Assembly (NCBI GenBank): GCA_032128875.1
Contig: JAVLKG010000003.1
Span: 353,008-417,007, forward strand
DNA length: 64,000 nt
Source of the DNA: Candidatus Melainabacteria bacterium 17Bon1m
GTDB taxonomy: Bacteria; Cyanobacteriota; Vampirovibrionia; Obscuribacterales; Obscuribacteraceae
Direction: 5' to 3'
Shown here piece after piece: positions 1-9,315 of the stretch. The notes below the pieces were generated by a model. That model saw nothing but the letters and a program-made list of their open reading frames with translations. It was not told the DNA's origin and made no database searches. Made by a program: the position numbers and the translations under genes. Each line of letters begins with the position of its first letter. Position 1 is the stretch's first letter.

Positions 1-114
1 ATTGAAGATAGCGATAGATCTACCAACGATGTAGATAAGCCGGCAAAGGCAAAGGATACGCCCGATCGTAGTACTACCGGCGATGGTGGCAACTCGGATG
101 ACAGTGGAAAGTAG
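1..114 (+). CDS. 3' end of a gene entering from the left edge (low-complexity D/S/G/K tail)
   Basis: Frame 1 is open from base 1 (IEDSDRSTNDVDKPAKAKDTPDRSTTGDGGNSDDSGK) to TAG at 112-114. Confidence 0.5.
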   Translation: MEDSDRSTNDVDKPAKAKDTPDRSTTGDGGNSDDSGK

Positions 115-710
115 GGTATCGAAAAACTTCTAGTTTGCGTTGCGTCGCTTTTAGCGCTAGTCGCAAGTGCTTCGCAAGAACTCGAACAGAAGTTAGCTGA
201 TTTGCGTCGCTGCCATCAATTCGGGATGTCTGCTCAGAGCGCAATTGCGTGATGGCAAAAAGGCATACCTCGTGATCTGCGTCGGTGTTTCGCTCAGTTT
301 CGCCAACCGTGAAAATGCTCTTCGCTTCAGTGAAGTACGAGTCTCTGTAATAGCATGCCACGTCTATAAGACCTTGATGTGTTGATGTTATTGGCTTGGC
401 GGTCGGTCTAAGAAGTTGGTTTACGTATGTCGAGTAGTAGAGAAAAACGCTACTGGTAGCGCCACTACTTTTGGTGCCTCTACAGGCAGAGAAAAGTAGC
501 TGCTGACAACATTTAATCCTAGATTTTGACTGGAAGTATGCACGGCGAAAAGTTTTTCCTGCATAATGAAAGAGAAGGATATTCCACGAACAGAACCCGT
601 GACCGAAGTTGAGTTTGTTCTCGCACATTGCTGTGCGAGTTTGAATTCAAACTGTTTCGGGCGAACACTGCTGGACTCGCTTACGTACGCATAAGGGAGG
701 ACATTTTGTT

Positions 711-1646
711 ATGTCAAAAAAGAGAAACGATAAGAAAAAAAACCATTCTAAAGCCGCAGCAGTTAGCCAAGTTAGCGATGTCCAAGAGGCAGCGCCCGAA
801 GCGACGAACGGCAACGAAGAAGTGAAAACAGAAGACGTAGCAGCGGAAGCTGCCGAAGCGCCGGAATGCGCTGATAAGGCTGATGAATGCTGCGACGAGA
901 AAGCAGAAGAAACATGCGAAGAAAAGTCGGAAGATGCTTGCGATGAAAAGTCGGAAGAATCTTGCGAAGAAAAATCCGATGAATCTGGTGAAGAAAAGTC
1001 GGAAGACGCAGAAGAAGAGAAAGCTGAAGACTCCGAAGAAGAAAAGGCTGAAGATGCCGGAGAAGAGAAAGCCGAAGACGCTGAAGAAGAGAAGGCTGAA
1101 GATGCCGGAGACGACCAAGGCGAAGAAGCTGGAGAAGAAAAGGCTGAAGACGAAGGCTCCGAAGATGTAGAGCCTACGGGCGAAGCCGACGGTGAAGAAA
1201 AGTCTGAAGACGAAAGCGGCGGTGGTGAAGAAGAGTCCGAAGAAAAATCGGAAGAGCCGACTGCTGAATCCGATGAAGAAGAAAAAGCAGAAGACGCTGA
1301 TGAATCGGAAGAGAAAGAAGACTCCGGTGAGGAAAGCGAAAAGGTAGTTGCTGACGCCGAGGGCGATGACGAGTCCAAGGAAGAAGAGGCTCCTGCTGCT
1401 GAAACTGAAAGCGAAGAGTCGGAAGACAAAGCTGAAGACTCAGACGAGAAAGAAGAAGACGAAGTCGCCGCCGAGTCTGAAGACTCGGACGAAAAAGACG
1501 AAGACGAAGTCGCCGCCGAATCTGAAGAATCGGACGAGAAAGAAGAAGACGAAGTCGCTGCTGAATCTGAAGAAGAAACAGAAGCAAAAGGCGACGAAGA
1601 AACCAAAGAAGGAGATGAAGAGAAAAAAGATACCGAAGCTGCTTAA
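711..1646 (+). CDS. Very acidic low-complexity repeat protein (E/D/K/A/S-rich), unknown function
   Basis: 311 aa ORF with AAGGGAGG RBS upstream, basic N-terminus, 8-aa and 15-aa repeats, and a terminator downstream. Confidence 0.8.
   Translation: MSKKRNDKKKNHSKAAAVSQVSDVQEAAPEATNGNEEVKTEDVAAEAAEAPECADKADECCDEKAEETCEEKSEDACDEKSEESCEEKSDESGEEKSEDAEEEKAEDSEEEKAEDAGEEKAEDAEEEKAEDAGDDQGEEAGEEKAEDEGSEDVEPTGEADGEEKSEDESGGGEEESEEKSEEPTAESDEEEKAEDADESEEKEDSGEESEKVVADAEGDDESKEEEAPAAETESEESEDKAEDSDEKEEDEVAAESEDSDEKDEDEVAAESEESDEKEEDEVAAESEEETEAKGDEETKEGDEEKKDTEAA
895..1110 (+). repeat. Coding tandem repeat, ~9 copies of a 24-nt/8-aa unit ([ED]EK[AS]E[DE]x[CEG])
   Basis: DEKAEETC EEKSEDAC DEKSEESC EEKSDESG EEKSEDAE EEKAEDSE EEKAEDAG EEKAEDAE EEKAEDAG in the translation. 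Confidence 0.8.
1443..1577 (+). repeat. Coding tandem repeat, 3 x 45 nt (DEK[ED]EDEVAAESExx)
   Basis: Units start at 1443, 1488 and 1533 with near-identical DNA. Confidence 0.85.
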
Positions 1647-1702
1647 CGCAGCATAGGCATTCGACAATTTTTCCACCCGGAGAAATCCGATCACACCACT
1701 GC

Positions 1703-1731
1703 AAAGGGGGGACATTTTTGTCCCTCCTTTT
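1703..1731 (+). terminator. Intrinsic terminator hairpin
   Basis: aaaggggggaca-tttt-tgtccctcctttt inverted repeat after the 711-1646 gene. Confidence 0.7.
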
Positions 1732-1823
1732 CAAATTTAATGTAGTTTGACCCCGTCAATCATCGGGCAAGACTTTAGTAGAAAGTGCGGCGAAAGCTAT
1801 AAACCAGGAAAGTGAGGTTGGCT

Positions 1824-2270
1824 ATGTACGGAGAGTACAAACGCAACTGGTCTACAGACGAGGTTTGGATGAACCCGGCGGTTCATGAGAATTATCCGGA
1901 ATGGAAAAAAGCTCGTGACAGACGCCGGAAATTTAAGCCAAGCGACGTGACCTTTTTGAATCAACACGGTGATCGCTTCTCTAAAGACGGAGACGGCCGA
2001 GTTACTATGTTCCGCTATAGAGATATCGAGACTTTGTACTCGATTTCGTACGATGAGAGAGGCGACGTTTCCTCAATCAGCAGCTCGGCGGGCTGGACTT
2101 GGACGAGACTGGATGAAGGTGCCTGTCGCGCATGGTTGATTCGCAACTATTTCGATGCCTGGCAGGTTGAAGAAAGAGAATGCGGAGAAGTTTTGGTTGA
2201 CGAAGAAGGCATTAAGTGCACCACAGGTGGTACTAGTGTTCTTGGTTTGCCGGAGCGCCCAGGCAACTGA
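1824..2270 (+). CDS. Hypothetical protein
   Basis: Protein-like ORF; ATG at 1824 preceded by GAGG; followed by a terminator. Confidence 0.7.
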   Translation: MYGEYKRNWSTDEVWMNPAVHENYPEWKKARDRRRKFKPSDVTFLNQHGDRFSKDGDGRVTMFRYRDIETLYSISYDERGDVSSISSSAGWTWTRLDEGACRAWLIRNYFDAWQVEERECGEVLVDEEGIKCTTGGTSVLGLPERPGN

Positions 2271-2310
2271 CACCTGCGAAACTCGCCCAGAAAAAATTGA
2301 TTTTGTTTGG

Positions 2311-2341
2311 AAAGAGAGCCCTCCTTACCGGGCTCTCTTTT
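2311..2341. terminator. Intrinsic terminator hairpin, possibly bidirectional
   Basis: aaagagagccc-tccttacc-gggctctctttt perfect inverted repeat. Confidence 0.75.
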
Positions 2342-2537
2342 GCTTCCGAGGGGTTCGTCCAGCCGTAATCTGAGCCTTTTTGTTTCCAAGAATCAGCGAA
2401 TCCCTGTATTGGTGGTAATCTATATAGCTCAACAGACCCGGCCGTCACTGTTTTGGCGGTTTGCGATCTCAAGTGATGGCGCGTTCTTAGCGAAGCGCCG
2501 AAAAATTTTGTCTACAAGCGCATTCGAGGAATGAAAG

Positions 2538-3644
2538 ATGGTTGTGACAGCTTTGAAAGAAACGCCACTAGCAGCGGTGCACAAAAGTTTGGGTGCAAGA
2601 ATGGTGGAGTTTGGTGGATGGAATATGCCTGTTCGCTACAAGTCTGACATTCAAGAACACCAGGCAGTGCGCAACAAAGTTGGTCTCTTCGATGTTTCAC
2701 ACATGGGCGAATTCCTCGTCTCTGGTGATGATGCTCACGACTTTGTTCAGTACATGATTGCCAACGATGTTAATCGTTTGAGCAAGCCGAATATGGCTCT
2801 GTACACGCAGTTCGTCAACGAGGAAGGTGGCACCGTCGACGATCTGATTGTGTACCGCAGAGAGAACGATTTCTTACTCGTTGTAAATGCTTCCAATATG
2901 GAAAAAGATTGGAATTGGGTGCAAAAGCATGCTGGCAAGTACAAGAATTTGAATTTGAAAAACGTTTCCAACGACACTGCCCTGCTGGCGCTGCAAGGTC
3001 CTAAGGCTGTGCAATTGCTTTCCGACGTAGTTGGAAAAGATTTGAGTGGCTTGCCGAGTTTTTCCTATTCGCAGGAGAAAGCGGACGGACTTGAAATCAG
3101 TTTTGGCAGAACCGGCTACACGGGCGAAGACGGCTTTGAAATCTTCTGTGCTACGGGTGATGCAGAGAAGCTGTGGAACTTGCTTTTAGCTAAAGGTGAG
3201 AAATACGGTATCGAACCGTGCGGTTTGGGCGCTCGCGACACGCTGCGACTGGAAGCCGGTCTTCCTTTGTACGGTCATGAACTTGACGATCAAACAGGTC
3301 CACTGGAAGCCGGCCTTGGCTGGAGCGTAAAACTTGAAAAGGGCGATTTCATTGGCCGCGATAAGTTGAAGGCGCAAAAGGAAAAGGGCGTGCCTAAACA
3401 ATGCGTATGTCTGAGAAGTGAAGGAAAAGCACTTCCGAGACAAGGCTATGAAGTCTGGTCCGGAGGTAAGCAAGTCGGTGTTGTAACCAGCGGCTCAACT
3501 GGCATTCACGTTGGTTATCCAATTGCGTTTGCTTATGTTCCGCCTGAGTTGGCAAAAGAAGGTAATCAACTCGAGATCAAAATCCGCGACAATATGGTGG
3601 TAGCGCATGTGGTGCGTCGCCCTTGGTACAAACGCGCGAAGTAA
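2538..3644 (+). CDS. gcvT: Glycine cleavage system T protein (aminomethyltransferase)
   Basis: Motifs FGGWNMPVRY, GLFDVSHMGE, RTGYTGEDGFE, GLGARDTLRLEAG. Confidence 0.97.
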   Translation: MVVTALKETPLAAVHKSLGARMVEFGGWNMPVRYKSDIQEHQAVRNKVGLFDVSHMGEFLVSGDDAHDFVQYMIANDVNRLSKPNMALYTQFVNEEGGTVDDLIVYRRENDFLLVVNASNMEKDWNWVQKHAGKYKNLNLKNVSNDTALLALQGPKAVQLLSDVVGKDLSGLPSFSYSQEKADGLEISFGRTGYTGEDGFEIFCATGDAEKLWNLLLAKGEKYGIEPCGLGARDTLRLEAGLPLYGHELDDQTGPLEAGLGWSVKLEKGDFIGRDKLKAQKEKGVPKQCVCLRSEGKALPRQGYEVWSGGKQVGVVTSGSTGIHVGYPIAFAYVPPELAKEGNQLEIKIRDNMVVAHVVRRPWYKRAK

Positions 3645-3735
3645 ACTCTCAGAACGCCGACGGCTCGCCGGCTCCGGTCGGCATTAATGCCACCCCTACA
3701 GCAAGCATTGACGAACAATTGAAAGAGCGCAGCGT

Positions 3736-4050
3736 TCAAATTATGATCACTCGCTGAACGAAATTGTTCGGCTCCTGCGGATCGTCTGGTCCGAAGTAGA
3801 GAGGATTGATTTCGAGCGACCTCATCAGTTGTGCGATGAATTGATTGCTCTCATTTATGTCCGATTTGATTCTGTGTGCGTCAGTGCGGAAAGGGTCGCT
3901 CTTGCGGCATCCGCAGTTGTGGCTATGCACGTGACCGGCAGAATTCTGCCATGCATCTGCCTGCCCGAAGGCTACTAAATTGCTCACACATGCCTGATTT
4001 CTAGTGCAGTTTTGCAGCGAAGGAAGTAACGAAGAGTCCATATGAAACAC
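3736..4050 (-). CDS. Possible small hypothetical protein
   Basis: 104 aa ORF filling the gcvT-gcvH gap; no recognisable motif. Confidence 0.4.
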   Translation of the reverse strand: MFHMDSSLLPSLQNCTRNQACVSNLVAFGQADAWQNSAGHVHSHNCGCRKSDPFRTDAHRIKSDINESNQFIAQLMRSLEINPLYFGPDDPQEPNNFVQRVIII

Positions 4051-4377
4051 AAAGTGTCGCTACGGAGAGAATGTCGAGAACTTTTGCCGGGATTGCGATA
4101 CGCATTTCAAAACTCACTTTCTAGTACATAGTTTTCAGGACGGACGCCCGTCCGATGTGTTCCTTAACGTAACGTCGATGTTAATTAGGGAGATTTGCGA
4201 AAAGATTTCCAAAATTAGATCCAATATCTAGGCAGGCAAGAATTACAGGCGCTTTCGTATGGTGTTAAGATCTTGATTCTGCTGCTGAAGAGGCCGTTTA
4301 TGGCGGGTGCCAAGAGCCTCTTAGCATTTGCAGCAGGTCACGCTCGAAACCCAGAAAGAAATAGACGGAGAATCCGC

Positions 4378-4761
4378 ATGCTCTCATACCCAGCCGAATT
4401 GAAGTACGTCAAATCTCACGAATACGTGCGTGTTGAAGGTGACACGGCGACAATTGGTATTACTGCGTTTGCGGCCGACCAATTGGGTGATGTCACGTTT
4501 GTCGAGCTTCCGAAGGTCGGACAATCATTTAAGAATGAAGAGAAATTCGGCGTCATTGAGTCGGTAAAGTCGGTTTCTGACCTCTTCATGCCTTGCGGCG
4601 GTGAGGTTACGGCTGTTAATGACAAGCTTTCTTCCGAGCCAGAGCTCGTCAATAGCGACTGCTACGGTGAAGGCTGGATGATCAAAGTGAAGCTCTCCAA
4701 TAAGGAAGAGCTGAATGAAGCCCTTTCCGCTGACGCTTATAAAGATTTCGTAGTCGAATAG
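4378..4761 (+). CDS. gcvH: Glycine cleavage system H protein
   Basis: SHEYV, IGITAFAADQLGDVTFVELP, lipoyl-Lys motif IESVKSVSD, YGEGW; start moved to ATG 4378 (GGAG upstream). Confidence 0.96.
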   Translation: MLSYPAELKYVKSHEYVRVEGDTATIGITAFAADQLGDVTFVELPKVGQSFKNEEKFGVIESVKSVSDLFMPCGGEVTAVNDKLSSEPELVNSDCYGEGWMIKVKLSNKEELNEALSADAYKDFVVE

Positions 4762-4967
4762 AGCTAGAAAATGCTCACCGACCCGTTTTCGGGACAGGTG
4801 CCCATTTTTCGACCTTGTTATAAAGAGCCGTAGAACCGTTTGTTATCAACGGTTCAGGTATGTTGCAAGTATTTCAAATAGATTATTAAGGCTTGGTGAG
4901 ATCTGCCCGACCAGTACTACATTGGTTGCAGGGCAACCCAATTCGTTGGCACTCGGGAGGAGAGAAC

Positions 4968-5270
4968 ATGCACATCTCTCTGGTAAGAAGGACAATAGAT
5001 CCAATCATCGCCGCCACGGCAGCCACGTTAATGTGCGCTGTTGCAGCTAATTCGCAGATTGTGGTTTCGCAAGAAAGTGGCGAAAATCCAAGCCTGATGA
5101 CCAAATTGAAGGCGAGCGAACGCTTCGTTCCAGACGTAGTTCTTTATGAAAAGGCGCCGGTGTCGCGCCCCGCTGTTGATACACACTTGATCAACAAGCT
5201 GGTGAAGGCACGTCAGACGACATCTACACCGAAAAGTTTTGCGCAACTGCCGGGACACGGCGTTCAATAA
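4968..5270 (+). CDS. Small hypothetical protein with signal-peptide-like N-terminus
   Basis: GGAGG RBS before ATG 4968; hydrophobic N-terminal stretch. Confidence 0.6.
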   Translation: MHISLVRRTIDPIIAATAATLMCAVAANSQIVVSQESGENPSLMTKLKASERFVPDVVLYEKAPVSRPAVDTHLINKLVKARQTTSTPKSFAQLPGHGVQ

Positions 5271-5307
5271 CGCCACACACGGCACTTAGAGCTTTCTTTG
5301 CCAATAA

Positions 5308-6132
5308 CTAAGGACTGGCGTCTTTTGCGTCGTCGTCCGGAACGATAGGCTTATCTTCTTTGACTTCCGGGTCGCTAGGATCCGCGTCATGCGACGCTCC
5401 ACCTTCAAGTTGAAGCTTTGGAGGTGGGGAGTTATCGCGCAACAGGTCCTGCGCAAGCTCAAAATAGCCGGAGCCGGGTCTGATTTCCTGTAGTTCGTCT
5501 ATAGCCGACTGGTCTTCCCTATTGGTTTCTAGCTTGTTAATGGCATCAAGGTAGAGCGCACGGTTAAGCAATTCGACCGAATCTTCTGAGCCGGCAATAT
5601 TGAAGAAGCCGGGTAGCGGCGTGCCTTTGAGCAATCCAATCGCAGCCTTGTAGTTCTGCTGATTGATGCTTTGTTTGGCAGAATGCGTGATGTAAATCTT
5701 GAACATTCCTATGGAAAAGCCAGCCATAGCTACAAGTAGCCCGCAGGCGAGGATGACGTCCAAAAATAACGGATGCTTAAAGCCGTGATGGCCAGAAGTT
5801 TCGTCGACGGGTTCGTCAAGAACGGCGTCTAGAATGCGTGAAACTCTCTGCTGCTGCATGTGCTCAGGCTTGCGGTCAACGATTTTAGAGACTTCTGGCT
5901 GTGAATCTTCTGCTTTGCTCTCAAGGGCGCTTTCCTGCGCGCTAAGCGGCGCGCTGGCAGCTTCGGAGTCCTCGACTTTTGCATGTTCAGTTGCAGCAGA
6001 TTCGGTTGTTTCTTCTTCTTTCGGCGCCGGATTTATCTGAGACTTCTTGGGTGACTCAGATTCGTTGCCCTTGGGCTTCTTGCCCTTAGCGCCCTTTCCG
6101 TTTGAACCGCCGCCTTTTTTGGCTTCAGCCAC
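5308..6132 (-). CDS. Single-pass membrane hypothetical protein
   Basis: 274 aa; charged disordered N-terminus, one TM (VILACGLLVAMAGFSIGMF), helical C-domain; AGAG plus GTG start. Confidence 0.75.
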   Translation of the reverse strand: MAEAKKGGGSNGKGAKGKKPKGNESESPKKSQINPAPKEEETTESAATEHAKVEDSEAASAPLSAQESALESKAEDSQPEVSKIVDRKPEHMQQQRVSRILDAVLDEPVDETSGHHGFKHPLFLDVILACGLLVAMAGFSIGMFKIYITHSAKQSINQQNYKAAIGLLKGTPLPGFFNIAGSEDSVELLNRALYLDAINKLETNREDQSAIDELQEIRPGSGYFELAQDLLRDNSPPPKLQLEGGASHDADPSDPEVKEDKPIVPDDDAKDASP

Positions 6133-6283
6133 CTCTAAACCCTCAGTATGCTTGATTCACGGGTCTCCAGCATTCCTCTAACTACCTTAGCACGGACGAA
6201 TGATGGAATGTTCATGATAGCCTACGCCCGGTACTGGGCGGGCTTTTGTGGCTTGCTCGGCGTCTGATAACGAGCTTGTTTTG

Positions 6284-8083
6284 CTACTTTATTTCGTTAG
6301 CCAGCTTCGTTAGACGATCTTTACGCGTCTGATCGCTGGTTGTAACCAGTCTTTTATTCAGTTCTGCCAGAACTTTTTCTTTATGACCTTGCTGAGAAAG
6401 GGACTTGAGAGACCTATTCGCCTCTTTCCACAGGGACGATTCTTTTGCAATCGCCATAGCGGCCACGTCTTCTATAAGTGATGGATCGTCAAACACTGCC
6501 GCTGCTTCGATGGCTGTTTGCCGGACAAGAGTTGATGGATCTTTGAACGCCTCAAGAAGGATCGAGCGTAATGCGGTTTCCTTTTCTGTGGACAGTTTCA
6601 AACCTTTGCCAACAGAAACAAGCGATGACAGCGCCTTTTCGCGCTTGTCTGGTGCATGGTCTTGAACAGCGGACAACAAATACTCAAACGATTGGTCTGT
6701 TTTCACATTGCCGAGAGCGCGTAAAACGTGCCAGTAAGTGACGCTTTCTTTGGGGCGCACTTCAACAACAGGCTGTGCGCTTGCTGCTTTTGTGGCTCTC
6801 TGCTCCTGGTTAACTGCACGTCGCCCGATCTGAATAAGCCTTTCAGCCGATGAAGCGGAGCCGATTTTTCCGATTGCTTCAATCGCCGAGTCTGCATAAA
6901 GTGAATCTTCATGTGACGCTAATTCTTCCAGTTTTTTCAACTGCGATTCGTCTTTCAACTCTCCAAGCAGTTGGATAAGGCAGGCACCTTCAAGGTCTTT
7001 GATTGCATTGCTATGTTCTTTTTGCCAGGTATGAGCAGCAAATTTTTCACTTAAGCGATTTTTTGTTGCGTCAGAAAGAAGAGTTGTTTTTGTATCTTCC
7101 AGTATTTTTTGATCTAATGCAGAGCGGTCGTCAACGTCGATATTCAGCCGGTTTGTTTCAATCCAATCAATTAGATTTAGGGTGGCGCGTAATCGCAATG
7201 CTGATTCATTTTCTCTGGCGAGTTTTACCGCATCTTCAAAACACGATGGAAGGTCGAACGCCATCAATTGTTCTGGTTGAAATGCCTTGTGAGCCGGTGC
7301 GCAAAGTGCTAACAGCATAGCCATGCCGCCGTTTTGGACAGTCTGTCTATCATCTTTCAGAAATGTCGCAGGTTTGTGATGGCGCGCTGCAGCGACTGCT
7401 GCATAGTCGGAAAGATTGTTTACTGACGTTAGTGCCGTGCTTAAAATCTCAGCGACCTGAGCGAATGGCCATCTTGCTATCGCGTTGATGCAGTCCACGC
7501 GAAACCAGGGCTCATCAGCAAACATGTATTCTTCAACCGCACTCAAAGCTGCTGGCGTTTTAATTTCGGCAAGAGCAAGCACAGTGTGACAAAACGCACT
7601 TTTGGCACTGCCTGCGGTATCGTTCAAAGATTTTGTCAATACGTTTACTGCATTCGCATCTCCGACGTAGGCGATTAGCGTAGCCGCATTGGCTCTCACT
7701 CTCCAGTCTTCTGCAAAAGGCGGATTTTGATTTGGTGCGAGCATGCCGTCGCTGTTGTCTGGCATCAGGCACCGGATGATTGCCTCTTTTTGTGTATTTT
7801 TGATTTCCGCTGCAATTGCCTTTAATTTGTCTTCCCAAAAGAGCGGCATCAATTTGAGCGTGATGCCCATTTGCAGGCTGCTCTTGTTCTTCACTGCGGA
7901 AAGAAAGTCCGCGCGCACATCCTTAAATGACCGCTGGCCCTCGGGGCTGCTGCCTATCAATCCGTGATACAGCAAAAAATGTTCCAACTCAAAATCTTCA
8001 ATCTCAACTGCCGACTTTTCTCCGAATCGAGAAAACGTCTGATTGAATCGCTTTACAATGCGCTGGAAAAGTGTGAGTGCCAT
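6284..8083 (-). CDS. HEAT-repeat protein
   Basis: Repeated DWRVRANAA, DEPWFRVDCINA, DHAPDKREKALSSL, DPSTLVRQTAIEA motifs. Confidence 0.8.
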   Translation of the reverse strand: MALTLFQRIVKRFNQTFSRFGEKSAVEIEDFELEHFLLYHGLIGSSPEGQRSFKDVRADFLSAVKNKSSLQMGITLKLMPLFWEDKLKAIAAEIKNTQKEAIIRCLMPDNSDGMLAPNQNPPFAEDWRVRANAATLIAYVGDANAVNVLTKSLNDTAGSAKSAFCHTVLALAEIKTPAALSAVEEYMFADEPWFRVDCINAIARWPFAQVAEILSTALTSVNNLSDYAAVAAARHHKPATFLKDDRQTVQNGGMAMLLALCAPAHKAFQPEQLMAFDLPSCFEDAVKLARENESALRLRATLNLIDWIETNRLNIDVDDRSALDQKILEDTKTTLLSDATKNRLSEKFAAHTWQKEHSNAIKDLEGACLIQLLGELKDESQLKKLEELASHEDSLYADSAIEAIGKIGSASSAERLIQIGRRAVNQEQRATKAASAQPVVEVRPKESVTYWHVLRALGNVKTDQSFEYLLSAVQDHAPDKREKALSSLVSVGKGLKLSTEKETALRSILLEAFKDPSTLVRQTAIEAAAVFDDPSLIEDVAAMAIAKESSLWKEANRSLKSLSQQGHKEKVLAELNKRLVTTSDQTRKDRLTKLANEIK

Positions 8084-8190
8084 GTTGCCATCGTTTGGTA
8101 GGAATTGCCGCAGAGCTTATCACGCTTGGGCTCGCGTGCGCGTCGCCTTAGCTCTGCGATAATAATGTTCTTTCAAGCAAAGCAGATTCT

Positions 8191-9234
8191 ATGGATTTTC
8201 ATACTCTCGATCCTATATTTTCCGAAATCTCCCGTCTGGCTACATCCGACGAGTATGCCGTACCTTTCTGGGCGGCGATTTTATGGCTTTTGCTGTTGCT
8301 TAACAGGCGCGCGTCACTTCGTCTAATTTGGCGCAAGCTCCACATATTTCAGGACAGCACTCTCGAAACCGAAGCTTATTCCAAGATCAATGCTCCTCTG
8401 CAAGCCTTTCTGTTGCTGCTTGCCGGATTTCCCTTCCTTCGGCTTTTGCCGCACGGTATCGGGAAAAACCTTACGCCGCTTGCGATTTGTATAACAGCAT
8501 TTCTGGGGTTGCACGTATTTGTTTGTGCCCTGGACCTGGCGCTATTTGGCTGGTTTTTCGCAAAGAGGCAGGATGCAAACGTTCCTTCCATTTTTCGCTT
8601 TGTCGTTCTGACGGCTGTCTATGTTGGCGTGGGCTTGATTTTGCTCAACGTCACGCTTGGCATCAATATTATGCCTTTGCTGGCAACATCGACCATCATC
8701 ACGGCCGTCTTTGGTTTTGCGCTGCAAGACACCTTAAAAAATCTCTTCTCAGGGCTAACCATGAGCTTTGAAAAGCGCTTCAAGCAAGGCGATTGGATTC
8801 AAGTGGGTACTGATCCAGCGACGGCAACACTGGGGCAGGTTGTGGAAATCGGCTGGCGTTCTACTAAAGTGCGTTTGAAAGATGATGATTTTGCGGTTAT
8901 TCCAAATCAGCAATGTACCGCCAGTCTGCTCGTCAACTTGACTTCGCCGAAGTCCACACACCTGATTTCTGTTGACTTTCCGGTCAAGCATAAGGTGGAT
9001 GTTGAAAAGCTGCGGAAGACTCTTGTAAAGCTTGCGTCTGGTGTAGAAGGTGTCGTGAAAGAGCCGCCTGTAGAGCTTTTGGCGGTCGGCATTAAGACCG
9101 ACCATTTGATTTTACGGCTCAGATTCTGGATTGAAGACCTGCTTAAGAAGGACCACGTGCAGTCCGAGATTATTGAAAAGACGTACAAAAAGCTTGCTGA
9201 AGATGACCTTCTGCCCCCGAGCGACAGCAAGTGA
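8191..9234 (+). CDS. MscS family mechanosensitive channel
   Basis: GFALQDTLKNLFSG, FKQGDWI, GQVVEIGWRST, VIPN motifs. Confidence 0.92.
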   Translation: MDFHTLDPIFSEISRLATSDEYAVPFWAAILWLLLLLNRRASLRLIWRKLHIFQDSTLETEAYSKINAPLQAFLLLLAGFPFLRLLPHGIGKNLTPLAICITAFLGLHVFVCALDLALFGWFFAKRQDANVPSIFRFVVLTAVYVGVGLILLNVTLGINIMPLLATSTIITAVFGFALQDTLKNLFSGLTMSFEKRFKQGDWIQVGTDPATATLGQVVEIGWRSTKVRLKDDDFAVIPNQQCTASLLVNLTSPKSTHLISVDFPVKHKVDVEKLRKTLVKLASGVEGVVKEPPVELLAVGIKTDHLILRLRFWIEDLLKKDHVQSEIIEKTYKKLAEDDLLPPSDSK

Positions 9235-9315
9235 TGAGTGATAAAATCTTGCTTTGAACCTGGATTGGTCGGGTTGTAGTGGTCCGCGGCGAAAGCCCGC
9301 GTTATGAGGTGCCCA

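Noticed and set aside
895-1577. Short regular repeats as a possible CRISPR array
   Set aside because: In-frame coding repeats without unique spacers; no cas genes in the window
647-1606. 319 aa Ser-rich minus-strand ORF
   Set aside because: Antisense shadow of the GAA-rich acidic repeat gene; the plus-strand ORF has the RBS and terminator
2271-2537. Possible glycine riboswitch upstream of gcvT
   Set aside because: No GGAGA...CCGAAG...CTCTCAGG aptamer consensus; the visible hairpin is a simple terminator
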